NCBI RefSeq assembly: GCF_006345805.1
Contig: NC_043004.1
Span: forward strand, 32,612,001-32,676,000
From: Octopus sinensis
Taxonomy: Eukaryota
Direction of reading: 5' to 3'
Length of the DNA stretch: 64,000 bases
Position numbers and translations under genes: made by a program. The notes below the pieces were generated by a model. It made no database searches, had not been told where the DNA came from, and saw nothing but the letters and a program-made list of their open reading frames with translations. Positions 11,724-25,239 of the stretch are shown one piece after another; position 1 is the stretch's first letter; each line of letters opens with the position of its first letter.

Positions 11724-12235
11724 GTGAGTTGCTAAATAATAAAATGTTTCAGCCCCTGAAAGGTTAACAATGGTGTTATTTCTGTATTTAAGCAATTGGT
11801 TGGTTCTAACTTTTAAACGCTTATTTATATTTAAAGTTTAAATCATATACTCATGAGCTTGAAATCTACGCAATAGAATCCATTGTTTAGCAGAGAGACA
11901 CCTGACTGCAAACAACGAGAGGATATTTTGTATAAGCAATTGGAAAAGGGAAAAATATTTGAAATTTTTTGGAATATACTGCGAACTGGTTATAGATTTG
12001 GAATGCTCTGAAGGGTGATTGGCTGGGAGTTGTGTGTGTATGAGATAGAGGGGGGGGGTAACTTCAAAAGAGTGTTTGTGAATTGTCGTTATTACACAAC
12101 CTTGAATAACTGCAACCAGTGCAGTCGTATGTGGCTTGTTATTTACAGCACATTATAGAGACATGCCTTCCAGGCAGTTCAGACACTTCAGCTTTTGTGT
12201 AGTAGGGTATTTAATCAGGCACACACACGCGCACG

Positions 12236-12289
<54 letters not shown>

Positions 12290-12681
12290 AACACACGCAC
12301 ACACACATGCATGCGTGCGCAAACATACACATATGCACATACACACACACTTGCATAACATTTGAAGCATAAGTATACACACACATACATATATACATTA
12401 TATATGTATATATGTGTCTATGCGCACACGCACACTATTATATATATATATATATATATATATAAACATTTACACACATATACATATAAACATATGTACA
12501 CATGCATATACATATATGTACATGCATACACACACATATAAATTTACATATACATATGCATATATATTAGTATATATACTAATACATTTATGTGTGTGTG
12601 TGTAAGTGTGTGTATGCATGGATGTATACTAAATAGCAATTAGAACAAACTGAATGGAATCCAGAATTCAAACAATTAATC

Positions 12682-12850
12682 TAGGGCCGGAATTCATGAC
12701 TCACTTGTTAGTTTTATATATTAATATATTAATATTTATTAATACACATATTAAAAAATAAAATGATAAATTTAAACAATATAATAACAATAAGATAAGC
12801 ATATAAAAATATAACTAATAAGAGCGTCATGAATTCTGGCCCACCCTATA
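12682..12850. mobile_element. Tc1/mariner-type MITE
   Basis: Imperfect ~33-bp TIRs (gggccggaattcatgactcacttgttagtt / aactaataagagcgtcatgaattctggccc), right end ccaccct-ata, TA flanks, AT-rich interior. Confidence 0.7.
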
Positions 12851-12852
12851 AA

Positions 12853-12893
12853 TGACATCCCTGATGAAGGTACAAAGCCGAAACGTCAAGTCC
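12853..12893 (+). ncRNA. Hammerhead remnant (core intact, stem I broken)
   Basis: CTGATGA-A-ggt acaaa gcc-GAAAC-GTC-aagtcc; the upstream gacatcc does not pair adjacent to the core. Confidence 0.5.
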
Positions 12894-13568
12894 TACGCTT
12901 CTTTTGGCACCTGAGCTTATTGCATCATCATTAGAACAGACTGTCCGCAAACTGGATAGATGCGGTAAGAGGTGGCTGCGTGGACTATAAGAGAATATGG
13001 CGAGAAAATTTTGATCTACTCAATTAAGCAATCTTACACATTATGCAAAATATATTCTCTCACTCCCACTTTCTCTCTCACTTCTTTCGTCTGTGTGTGT
13101 TCACGTGTGTGTGTGTGTGTGCGTGCGCACGTCTTCTTTTCATAGGTCAATGGCTGTAATTCCCAGAAGTAAAACTATGTTCTCCTACGGTGACTTGATT
13201 CTGGGCATTATAAAATATCCAAGTATATTTTGTTATTTTATTTATATATCATTATTTCTTTTTAGTTCCTTTTTTTTTTTTGCTTTCTTAATCTTTAAAT
13301 AATTCAAAAATAAACATATGTCTGTTTAAGTTACTGGACTTGAAAGGTTTTTACAGTTGAAAACGTTCTGAGTTGAAACACGATGTCATCTAAATTACGC
13401 AGTGAAACTAATTCATGTTTTCTATTAGATTACAATAATCCTGTTTTCTTTTTGTGTGTGTTTGTGTGCATCCATATATATATATAATGTGCCAAATAAT
13501 AATGATATGTATATATGTATATATATATGTATGTATGTATGTATATATATATATTATATATTATATAT

Positions 13569-13603
<35 letters not shown>

Positions 13604-13782
13604 GTATATGATATATATTCTATACATAAATATATATATATATGCATATATCATATACATATATATGAATATATTTATATATATACATATATATGTTATA
13701 ATTATATATCTATATCTGTATATATGTATATATATATATGTATATATATATGCATATATATGTATATATATATATATATATA

Positions 13783-13826
<44 letters not shown>

Positions 13827-14089
13827 GTACATATATATATTTATATCACACACTACACCACGCGTATTAGGTTTTCATACTTTTTATATAATGCAACACC
13901 AATATTATAATTATTGTATTATGATAGTCTTTTCTCTCTCTCTCTCACTCTCTCTTTCTCTCTCTCTCTCCTCTCTCTCTATCTATCTATCTATCTAATA
14001 TTCTTTAATATATTTCCGTTTTCGTGCATTTTATTTATGAATTAAGATGAAAATTACAATTATTTTATATTAAATGATGCTTATATATA

Positions 14090-14149
<60 letters not shown>

Positions 14150-14711
14150 TATATATATATATATATATACACATATATATATATATATACACATACACAC
14201 TATTTAATATCTTATATTCAGCTTTCACATCTTTTTTTTATTTGAAATAGATTAATAAGACACTGTTTTAATGATTTACTTTTATTAATATGATATCATT
14301 TCGCTTCTGCAATATATATATATATATATTGTGAGTGTGTGTGTATATATATATATGTCTGCGTATTTCTGTTAAAAGTTTCTTCTTTAAGTTTAAGTTT
14401 AAGAAGACAACTTTTCAGGCGGTTTTCACATGAGAGACTCTTCATGTATATATATATATATATGCTAAACACCACCACATGAATTGCAGAATACTTCTAC
14501 ACTCTATACCACACTACGCTTCACATCACAAAAATTTGCTATACTACAACATATACTACAGCTGACGTCTATACCACACTATACAACTTCGTTGTTACAC
14601 TACAATAAATTGCCTTGAAAATAAGATGTGACTTACTAGAGTGTTTTATAGAGATTGCATTTCAATATGGCGCAGGAAAAGTATGATAAAAGCCATTCAC
14701 AAAGCTGTAAA

Positions 14712-14828
14712 CCGGTCATGAGCAAACTGCGGCCCACATAACTTTCTGAATAAAGAAATGTGACCTCAAGGCCCGATGATGAGCCGTTCTCATGCGGCCC
14801 GTTTCTTGAAAATAGTTGCTCATTCCTG
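14712..14828. mobile_element. Old hAT-type MITE remnant
   Basis: ccggtcatgagcaaactgcggccc ... gcggcccg..aaaatagttgctcattcctg; TSD not preserved. Confidence 0.45.
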
Positions 14829-14974
14829 ATTTAAATTTTCAGTGAAGCACTAACTGTGAAAGGGTTTCTATACTTAAGTGCAAACCACTTGTCTTTGTAG
14901 CCATCGCAGCCCTCCACGTTTCCTCTTCTAACATCATACGACTTTTTGTTGTTTGTTTCAAACTTTACTTTAAA

Positions 14975-15730
14975 TATCGAAACAGTCGACTTTGCCTTTC
15001 ATCCATTCGGGGTCGATTAAATAAGTACCAGTTGTGCACTGGTCTCGATGTAATCGACTTAATCCATTTCCCAAATCTGAGGCCTTGTGCTTCCAGTAGA
15101 AAGAATTAGTAATGTGGCGAGCTGGTAGAACCGTTAGCACGCCGAGCGAAATGCTTAGCAATATTTCGTCTGCCGCTACAGTTCAAATTCCGCCGAGGTC
15201 GACTTTGCCTTTCATCCTTTCGGGGTCGATTAAATAAGTACCAGTTACGCACTAGGTTTTATATAATCGACTTAATCCGTTTGTCTGTCCTTGTTTGTCC
15301 ATTCTGTGTTTAGCCCCTTGTGGGTAGTAAAGAAATAGGTAGAACCGTTAGCACGCCGGCTCAGTGGTATTTCGTCCGTCTCTATTTTATTGTAAATGCC
15401 TGATAATTGCTATGTACAGGAATTCATGTTCAAATCCTACTAGAATCGACTTAGACTTTCAATTTCGTGGATCGATGAAATTTAATGCAGCGATACCAGT
15501 TTAATCGTCTGCACGAAGGCGGCGAGCTGACGGAATCGTGAGTCGGGCAAAATTCTTACTAGTATTTCTAGTAGTTCTTGATATTCTGGATCAAATTCCG
15601 CCGCGGCCGACTTTGCCTTTCAAAGTTTCGGGGTCGATAAAATAAATACCAGTTGATCACTGGCGTCAATGTAATCGACTTAGCCCTTTCTCTGGAATCG
15701 CTAGCCTTCCGCCAAAATCTGAGACCATTA
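14975..15730 (+). mobile_element. Cluster of about 4 SINE family B copies
   Basis: Repeated gtcgactttgcctttcatcc.ttcggggtcgat cores near 14990, 15200, 15450 and 15610. Confidence 0.85.
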
Positions 15731-16041
15731 TTACTTTAGGAATTGTTTATAACAAAACCTCAAATAGTCAGAGCCATTTAATGTTCTGTGCTTTCAGTTC
15801 TCGAAACTTCTTCCAACAACACTCGTGAAGTTCGCTCGCCGCCACCAAACTTTACATTCAGAAATGACACCATCCAGCAAAGAACACACATTGCTATCAG
15901 TTGGATGGAAAATACTGTCCCAATGCCAACCAAGGCGAGGAATTTAAATATGAAGAGCTCAAAATAGTTTTTTAAGTATATATTTTTTGGGAGATGAAGG
16001 AAGAGAAGTGTTTTTGAAAGACATTTTTTATCTTTTGTCAT

Positions 16042-16376
16042 TTACTTGTTTCAGTCTTAGTCCAACGAATCGGCCCCCAGGACTTATTTTTTGAAGTTCA
16101 GTTCTTATTCTATCGGTGTCTTTTGCCGAACCGCTAAGTTACGAGGACGTAAACACACCAGCAGCAGTTGTAAAGCAGTGATGGGTTACAAACACAAACA
16201 CACACACACGCGCACATACAACGGGCTTCTTTCAGTTTCCGTCTATCAAATCCGCTCACAAGGCCTTGGTCGGCTCGAGGTTGTAGTGGGAGATACTTGC
16301 CCAAGGTGCCACGCAGAGGGAACTGAACCCGGAACCATGTGGTTGGGAAGCAAACTTCTTATCACACAGTCACGCC
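16042..16376 (-). mobile_element. SINE family A
   Basis: Reverse-complement match to family A head and tail. Confidence 0.85.
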
Positions 16377-17210
16377 TAAGAAGAAAACAAACGAAACATT
16401 GTTGATACAAAAATGTTACTCCCCAAATTACGGGTATCTAGAAATATACTTTTGCCACCCTGGGTAATATCCAGCAATATGACATACACGCAATAATTAT
16501 AATTTAATTATTTTCAAATTTTTGAGGGTGCTTATACAAAATGATAAAATAGATACTAATTTTTCAAAAGAGACGAATATTATTTTAGAATAAAATTAAA
16601 TAAAATAAGTTTCTTCATTGTATATATGTTGTTATTTTTCTAAATTTCTTCAGCATAATTGCAATTTAATCCACCGAAAACCTAATTTGAACTCCTCCTA
16701 ACCACTCTGTTATTTACTCCCTTTCGTCCCACACCTCTGGCTCTCTAACTTTTTCCCTCCTTGATTGTTTGTGTGGATGTGTAGCATTCATTTACTCATT
16801 GCCTGCCTCCAAGCCTAGTATCTGCATCCACCCTGAAGCACTTATGTTGCTCTCTCCCTGCACCTCGTATGTTGACTCGCTCTCTGTATCTCTCTTCTAC
16901 TCTCTCTCTTCTCCTCTTTTTATGTATGTATGTATGTATGTATGTATGTATGTATGTATGTATGTATGTATGTATGAATATATATATATATACACGATAT
17001 AAAGCGACCAGCCAACCAACCAACATTTCTGTCGGTTATTATTTTACAGAGATTGGGGATGTACATAAAGTCCGGCAAAATAACTTCTGGCGAGGTTTAG
17101 CATTGCAATTTCGCCCAAGTTTACCCTGAACAGGCAACTTGTTCGACAGCATCCAATTCAGAATTTCTTCAACTTTTTTATCATAAAAGAAAGAAAAAAT
17201 AACTTCTATC

Positions 17211-17607
17211 TTTTACTTGTTTCAGTCCATTAGGCTGCGGCCATGCTGGGGCATTGCTTTCAAGAAGTTTCAATCGAAGGAATCGATCTCAGTATTTCTT
17301 TTTTTTAAACCTGGTATTTATTCTAACGGTCTCTTTTGTCCAACTGCTATGTTACGAGAATACAAACACACCAACACCGGTTGTCAAGCAGTGGGGGGGG
17401 GGGCAAACACAGAGGCAAAGAACCCCCCCACGCACACACATATACGATGGGCTTCTTTCAATTTCCGTCTAATAAACTTACTCACAAGTCTTTTGTTGGC
17501 CAGGGACTATGACAGAAGACGCTTGCCCTAGGTGCCCCGCTGTGGGACTGAACCCAAAACGTTGTGGTTGGAAAGCAGACATTTTACCATACAGTCATGC
17601 CTGCGCC
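17211..17607 (-). mobile_element. SINE family A, diverged
   Basis: Reverse-complement match; ends gcctgcgcc. Confidence 0.85.
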
Positions 17608-18173
17608 TAAGTTTTAAAATATTTCCATTTCGTCAATTAACTGCCACAACCGATGTGGGATATGAAATATTTAAAGAAAAAAATCCCAAAGTTTTTCGTT
17701 GTCTGCGATTTATTTCCATTAATTCTTCATTAATTATTCTTGTTTTTTTTTTGTTTTCTTTTCGCATTCTTTTGACGTAAACATCTACAAGAGAATATCA
17801 ACTTTTTACTTGTTTTGTTTTTCCAGCTATTTTTAATTTTCGTATGAAAGTAATCGCTTTACGTTGATAAAATAAGATAATATTCCGTTAGAAAACAAAC
17901 TATTATCAATGTTCAGAATGTCACGGAACATTTCATTATCATATGCCGACTGTTGTTCGCAAAACTTCCCATTGTTGTCGCGATGTTATCTTGTTTAAGA
18001 TTATCATTGAGAGAATAAATGGCCGAGAGTCTGTGTTTAGATGACAATCGGTTGTTAGATTTTCGGATATTTTCCATGCGAGACCAAAATTATTGTGTGT
18101 GGAGTTGAGCCGATGCAATAATGGAAGGTTACAAAAAGAAAGAAAAAAGAAAAAGAAAGAAGACTGGTTCATA

Positions 18174-18410
18174 GAGGCAGGCGTGGGAAGAGGCTTGCTT
18201 CCCAAGCACATGTTTCCAGGTTCAGTCCCACCGCGTGGTGTCTTTTACTATAGCTTCGGGCCGACCAAAACCTTGTGAGTGGATTTGGTAGACAGAAATT
18301 GGAAGGAGCCTGTCGTATATATATGTGTATGTGTGTGTCTTTGTGGTTGTGTATCCACCCCCACCCCGACCGCTTGACCACCGTTGTCTTCAACACACCC
18401 AACTGAACAC
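18174..18410 (+). mobile_element. SINE family A, partial
   Basis: ggcaggcgtgggaagaggcttgcttcccaa..ggttcagtcccacc..gtgagtggatttggtagacag. Confidence 0.75.
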
Positions 18411-18472
18411 CGTTTGTCACAGCTGACCATTTTCCAGAGCGCAGTCGGGGCGTGAAGACAATTTAGAAGCTC

Positions 18473-18569
18473 GCAATAAAGTTTTGTGTCAAACTGGACA
18501 AAAACGTTACAGTTTACTTATGAAATGCTCCAAACTGGTCATGGATTAACTTGTATGAACCGAGCATCT
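18473..18569 (+). pseudogene. Mariner transposase N-terminal HTH fragment (frameshifted)
   Basis: Translates AIKFCVKLDKNVT / TYEMLQTGHGLTCMNRAS, matching the mariner IKFCVKL..NA.ET.EML..A.G..C..R pattern. Confidence 0.7.
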
Positions 18570-19128
18570 CCTTTTGCCATTCCTTTCGCCGGCAAAAGGG
18601 ACCAGGCACCTGGGAAATAGAATGTCTTGAACAGGAAATAGAGACTTAACGGTGTTTATCTTATTCCATGTTATTTCTCTTCCTTCCTCAAATTAATGAA
18701 GAAATACGAATTAATTACTTCTGACTAATTAAAACCAAGCTTCAATTGCCTTGGAAATATTTCACAATGTTTTAACAAGCCTGCACTCTGTCGATAAGCC
18801 TTCGCTTAGCAGATCTACCATTTTTTCCAGCTTCCTTTCAGTGCAAACAGGAATACTTTTTGCTAATCTCGTTTTTATTTCATTCATTTATTTAATTAAC
18901 TTAAGATGAAAATCACTGCTGTCGTTGTGGAATTATTCATTTGGTGGTGAATATTTGTATATGATAAGTTCAACAACGAATAAACCATCTGACAAGGTGG
19001 ATATATAGAGGACCAAGGATCGAAATCAATGGCAAAACGAATGATGACGCTGGTCTGAGGGTCAACGCCCGTAAAGGTATCCTCCTCTTCAGACAAACTT
19101 GAACTCAAAACAGCACACCTATTTTATC

Positions 19129-19188
<60 letters not shown>

Positions 19189-19309
19189 TCACACACACTC
19201 ACACACACATACTCACACATACACACACACACTCACCCACGCACACACACACACAAATACACACACACACACACACACACTCACACTCACACACACACAC
19301 ACACACACG

Positions 19310-19341
<32 letters not shown>

Positions 19342-19815
19342 TTTATACATACAAGGTCTTCTTTCAGTGTCCATCTGCTGAATCCACTCTCAATGCTTTA
19401 CTCATCCCGAGGGTATAGTAGAAGACACTAGCCCAAGGGACCACGAAGTGGGACTGAACCCAGAACCATGTGGTTGGGAAGCAAGCTTCTTACCACACAG
19501 CTGTGCCTGTAAGAAACCTTTGTCCATTATAGTGCTCCCGCTTCTTATTGTAGTAAATTGTACATAATCTCTGGTATTGGTGGGGTGTTTGTGTTTTACC
19601 CCAGGTCAATTCTGACTGAGATTTTTTACCAAAAGTTCATCAACCGTGACCATCTCGTCTTTGTTTTTTTTTACATGTAGTTTGTATGTATCACGGTGTC
19701 CAATGTGTTCTTTTGTGTGACACTATTATCGTGAGCTGAAGAAGATTTGACTGCTATTTCTAATAGATCGAGTAATTGTGTTAACATACATAACACCGTC
19801 GTATTGTCTCTCAAG

Positions 19816-19861
<46 letters not shown>

Positions 19862-20166
19862 ACAATCACCCACCCACATACATACATACATGCATACATA
19901 CACACACACATACATACATACATACGCACACACACATACATACATACATACATACATACAGACAGACAGACACACACACACACACACATACATACATACA
20001 TACATACATACATACATACATACACACACATACATACATACAGACACACGCATACATACATACATACAAGCATACATACATACATGCATACATGCATACA
20101 TACATACATACATACATACATACATACATACATACATACATACATACATACATACATACATACATA
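19816..20166. repeat. Compound (CA)n/(CATA)n microsatellite
   Basis: Direct inspection. Confidence 0.95.
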
Positions 20167-20690
20167 CAAATGAGATGGTGTGGCCATATTCGAATTGTGG
20201 ATGAACGCATACCGAAATAGCTGTTTTATAGTGAGCTTGCAGAGGGGAAACACTATCGGCGTAAACCTAAAAAAAAAGGTTTCAGTACGGTATAAAGACT
20301 ACTCAGAGGAGACAGAAACCCTTGCTTCGGATCGAGATTGAAGGCGACCAAAATGTGGAGTGGAGTGAAAGCATTTGAAGAAGCCAGGATAACGCATGTA
20401 AGACTCAAAAGAGATCTAAGGGAAAATGTTACGACCGAGAAGGTGAATCACAATGACCATTTTGTGTGCACAGTGTTTGTGACAGACCATGCTTTTCTTT
20501 TGCTGGGCTCAAATCTCATTTGCGAACCAATGGAAAACGAACCTCCACCAACTATTCTACCTATATATATGTGCACACATTTGAATTCAGTGTATGCCAG
20601 AAGGTCTGCAAATCTAACGGAGGCCTCAAAAGACATTTTAAGACCCATAAAACCGGAACTAATTTGTAGCTCTTGGTGGTCCAAATCGGA
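20167..20690 (+). pseudogene. RTE-clade LINE ORF 3' end with two C2H2-type zinc-finger remnants
   Basis: QMRWCGHI..VDERIPK*LFYSELAEGK..RKPKK; WSGVKAFEEARITHVRLKRDLR; VCDRPCFSFAGLKSHLRT; VCQKVCKSNGGLKRHFKTH; stops and frameshifts. Confidence 0.85.
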
Positions 20691-20769
20691 TGAGCAATCT
20701 CTAAATAGAATAAGAGAAACGAACGAACGAATGAACGAATTGACTAACTGACTGACTAACTAACCAACT

Positions 20770-20813
20770 ACATATATATACATAAATATATAATACATAC
20801 ATACATACATATA

Positions 20814-20878
<65 letters not shown>

Positions 20879-21242
20879 GCATATATATCTACAATCTATA
20901 GATTATATATAATATATATATAATAATCTAGTATATATATACACACCTATGCATACATATATATACACACACATATATGCATACATATATGCACACACAC
21001 ATATATGCATACATATATGCACACCCACATATATACATACCTTATATATATATACATACTTATATATATACCATATACACCCACATATATATACATACAT
21101 ACCTATATAATATACATACATACCTATATATATATATATACATACATAATATATATATATACATGCATAATATATAACATATATATGTATATATATATAC
21201 ATATATGCATACATATATACACAACTATATAAACATAAATAC

Positions 21243-21281
<39 letters not shown>

Positions 21282-21387
21282 CATATATATTACCTATACA
21301 TACATATATATATATATGTATATGTATATGTATATAAATACATACATATATACCTACCTATATAATATATATATATATATATATACT

Positions 21388-21421
<34 letters not shown>

Positions 21422-21560
21422 ACATCATATATACATATATATGTACATGTATATATATATGTACATATTTAGTCTTATGTAAATCTCTCTCTCTTTCTCT
21501 CTCTCTCTATATATATATACATAGACACATATTTCATATATACATGCATATAAACACATA
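20770..21560. repeat. Degenerate (TA)n/(TACA)n tract
   Basis: Direct inspection. Confidence 0.9.
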
Positions 21561-22456
21561 CATATCTGCAGCTGTATGCTATGAGATAATATCATGCAAT
21601 ATGGTGAGATATAGCTGTAGATGCAGAACATTCTTTGCTCTCACCTCGTCACAACGTAAAATAATTCTGTAACTAATTTATTTGATGACGTCATAGCACT
21701 TAATTGAACCGACATCTTCAGAAAGAACTACATCTTCATATTATCATATTACTCTAACAATAATTACAATAATAAATTAATTACAAAAAAATCTTCTCTT
21801 GTCTCAGATGGAAATGATAGTTTGAATTTTCGGTGTCTTAGAATTATAGATTCCACGGTCGCAGATGACGTCTTTTAGAGGAGAATTAAACCAACTTGAA
21901 CCGTTTAATTGAATAGTTAGATTCATGGGTGTATGAATTCTAGCGTCAATGAGTTAAATACAAAGACATCTCTTTTATCAAAACATGCAAAAAAAAAAAA
22001 AAAAGTGGGTGAAGTGCAGGTAAAGTCGTAAACGCCTCGGATTAGCTTACTGGCAATTCATCCCGCGCTTTACGTTGTGAGTTCAAATTCCGTCAAGGAC
22101 GGTTTCCCTTTTATCTTTTTGGGGTCGATAAAATCAAGTACCAGCTTATTACTGAGGCCGATATAACCGACTTACCCCAAATAGCACTTTTGCTTATAGT
22201 AGAATAAAAGTATTATTATTAGGGCAATGACAATTCATGTTTATTAATTTCAGTTTTACACTGTGATCCAGATTTATTCAAGAGTAAGGAACTATCACTG
22301 TGTGACATTCATGCCTTTCCAAACGCACTAGAATTATTAGTAAAGCGAAACCGAAAAAAAAAAAAAAGAAGCGAGAAATTTAAAGCAGGTTCCGCGCTTT
22401 GCCAACTCGTTAGGAAGTTAAGGCTTATACACTGCGAGAAAAGCAACAGAGACATA

Positions 22457-22854
22457 ACCTATTTCTTTACTACACACAAGGGGCTAAACACAGAAGGGAC
22501 AGACAAACGGATTAAGTCGATTACATCGACCCCAGTGCGTAACTAGTACTTAATTTATCGACCCCGAAAGAATGAAAGGCAAAGTCGACCTCGGCGGAAT
22601 TTGAACTCAGAAAGTAAAGACAGACAAAATACCTATTTCTTTACTACCCACAAGGGGCTAAACACAGAGGGGACAAACAAGGACAGACAAACGGATTAAG
22701 TCGATTACATCGACCCCAGTGCGTAACTAGTACTTAATTTATCGCCCCCGAAAGGATGAAAGGCAAAGTCGACCTCGGCGGAATTTGAACTCAGAACGTA
22801 ACGGCGGACGGAATACCACAAAGCATTTCGCCCGGCCTGCTAACGTTTCTGCCA
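22457..22854 (-). mobile_element. SINE family B, internally dimeric
   Basis: Unit acctatttctttacta..gtcgacctcggcggaatttgaactcagaa occurs twice before a single tRNA head. Confidence 0.9.
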
Positions 22855-23131
22855 ATAACCAACTGTGAGTCTTTCCAAGTAAATTTTTGTTTTTACCTGT
22901 CATAAATGTCAGACTGTTTACCTTGTCATGTTAACGTGAAAACATTTCAACTCAAGCCACGAAAATATCAAACAATGTCATTCAGGTATTCGTGTTTATT
23001 GTAAATATGTATTTGTGTCAAATAACAAAAATACCGATTGCCATTTTACTCACCAAAGCTTATTCACTCGGCGCTACTGTTTGCCCTGGTAGTAGCAGTG
23101 AACAACAACAAATTCTATTATAACAACTTAC

Positions 23132-23260
23132 AGAAAGTTGTGCGGCGTTGTTCAGAAGGGAAAAAGTTGTTTTGGCTAAGGAACCATCGCGATTCTGATT
23201 GTAGGTCACTAACCACCGATCCTTCAGCAAGTTTTTCATCATACAATCTACTCTCCAGCC
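23132..23260 (-). CDS. Candidate 129-nt exon (GWRVDCMMKNLLKDRWLVTY.. or LESRLYDEKLAEGS..), unidentified
   Basis: Minus-strand acceptor ttttttatttaccttgcag|, donor TCT|gtaagt, length divisible by 3, two frames open. A plus-strand exon 23134-23267 is also drawable, so strand is ambiguous. Confidence 0.25.
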
Positions 23261-23520
23261 CTGCAAGGTAAATAAAAAACTCCAGATATTTTATTTAAAT
23301 ACCCATCAACGTAATTGTGTTAGAACTGTAATAATTAACACTTTTTAGTACGATAAGAGGATCTCGACGCGATTACTCGATATGCTAGAAACAACAGCCC
23401 CAAATTCCTCAAATCATCCCCATCTGGCTTATTAAAGGCATTAGAGTGTAATAAGTTCTTAGACACCGCTAAAAAGACAGGTTAGTCACGACCGGAATTC
23501 TTCTAAATATAAATCTGGAC

Positions 23521-23568
23521 GACAAGGTCCGACAAGGTCCGACAAGGTCCGACAAGGTCCGACAAGGT
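23521..23568. repeat. 10-bp minisatellite (gacaaggtcc) x~4.8
   Basis: Four perfect units plus gacaaggt. Confidence 0.9.
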
Positions 23569-23827
23569 GTTAAACACCATCTTTTGACGGCTTGTACTTA
23601 TTTGATCTCGGATAAAATCTTCCGTGAAAGTTTTCCATGAATCCATAGGGTTCGTATCCACCTCTTATTTTCAGAGACCCTAGACATGAGCTAAATTCTG
23701 TTTGATACGAAATCCATGTTTAAAATCTGCTCCCAATTTCAAGGAGCAATCCGTTTATTAGGTCATATATGCTGGAATTTCTACCAGCATTGTCGGATTT
23801 AAGGTACTGAGAGTGTTGTCGGTATAG

Positions 23828-23897
23828 TGGTAGCAGTAGTAGTAGTAGTGTAGTAGTAGTAGTAGTAGCAGTAGTGGTGGTGGTGGTGGTGGTTGTG

Positions 23898-23934
<37 letters not shown>

Positions 23935-24327
23935 TGGTGGTGGTGGTAGTGGTGGTTGTGGTGGTGGTGGTGGCAGAGACGTTAGCGCGCCGGGCGAAAT
24001 GCTTAGCGGTATTTCGTCTGCCGTTACGTTGTGAGTTCAAATTCCGCCGAGGTCGACTTTGCCTTTCATCCTTTCGGGGTCGATAAATTAAGCACCAGTT
24101 ACGCACTGGGGTCGATGTAATCGACTTAATACCTATGTCTGTCCTTGTTTGTCCCCTCTATGTTTATCCCCACGTGGGTAATAAAGAAATAGGTAGTAGT
24201 AGTAGCAGCAGTAGTGGTAGTTGTGATGGTGGTCGTAGTAGTAGTAGTAGCAGCAGTAGTAGTGGTAGTGGTGGTGGTGGTTGTGGTGGTGGTTGTGGTG
24301 GTGGTAGTAGTAGTGGTGGTGGTGGTG

Positions 24328-24363
<36 letters not shown>

Positions 24364-24402
24364 GCAGCAGTGGTAGTGGTAGTGGTGGTGGTGGTGGTGA
24401 TG

Positions 24403-24445
<43 letters not shown>

Positions 24446-24497
24446 CAGTAGCGGTAGCAGTAGTAGCAGCAGTAGTAGTAGTAGCAGAAGCGGCAGT

Positions 24498-24550
<53 letters not shown>

Positions 24551-24575
24551 CAGTACTAGTAGTAGTAGTAGTAGT
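23828..24575. repeat. (TAG)n/(TGG)n/(CAG)n triplet arrays interrupted by a SINE B (23973-24193,+)
   Basis: Direct inspection; explains poly-V/T/S/G ORFs. Confidence 0.9.
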
Positions 24576-24814
24576 TAAACTCCAAAAGTCAATCCTGATC
24601 AAGCAGGTCTACAATCAAAAGTGTTCCGAGCGAGCAGACTTGGGATCACATCGTCTTTTATTGTATCTGAGACGATCGGATGTGATTTGAAGGATATGTC
24701 CGGTTGCTATTTCTAGCAGATTATAACGGGCATAAGACCCTGCCTTGCAGGTTTTACGTCAGGGCTGTTTGAATCCAGTATCGTAAAGCTAACGAGATAT
24801 ATGTCATTTATACC

Positions 24815-25239
24815 TATTTCTTTACTACCCACAAGGGGCTAAACACAGAGGGAACAAACAAAGACAGACAAACGGAATAAGTCGATTACATCGACCCCAG
24901 TGCGTAACTGGTACTTATTTAATCGGCCCCGAAAGGATGAAAGGCAAAGTCGACCTCGGCGGAATTTGAACTCAGAACGTAACGGCAGACGAAATACCTA
25001 TTTCTATTTCTTTACTACCCACAAGGGGCTAAACACAGAGAGGACAAACAAAGACAGACAAACGGATTAAGTCGATTACATCAACCCCGGTGCGTAACTG
25101 GTACTTATTTAATCGGCCCCGAAAGGATGAAAGGCAAAGTCGACCTCGGCGGAATTTGAACTCAGAACGTAACGGCAGACGAAATACCGCTAAGCATTTC
25201 GCCCGGCGCGCCAACGATTCTGCCAGCTCGCCGCCTTAT
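24815..25239 (-). mobile_element. Dimeric SINE family B with perfect 22-bp target-site duplication
   Basis: cgagatatatgtcatttatacc at 24793-24814 and 25240-25261; ~184-bp internal unit repeated. Confidence 0.92.

Noticed and set aside
23521-23568. Short direct repeats as a CRISPR-like array
   Set aside because: No spacers; simple 10-bp minisatellite in a eukaryotic context.
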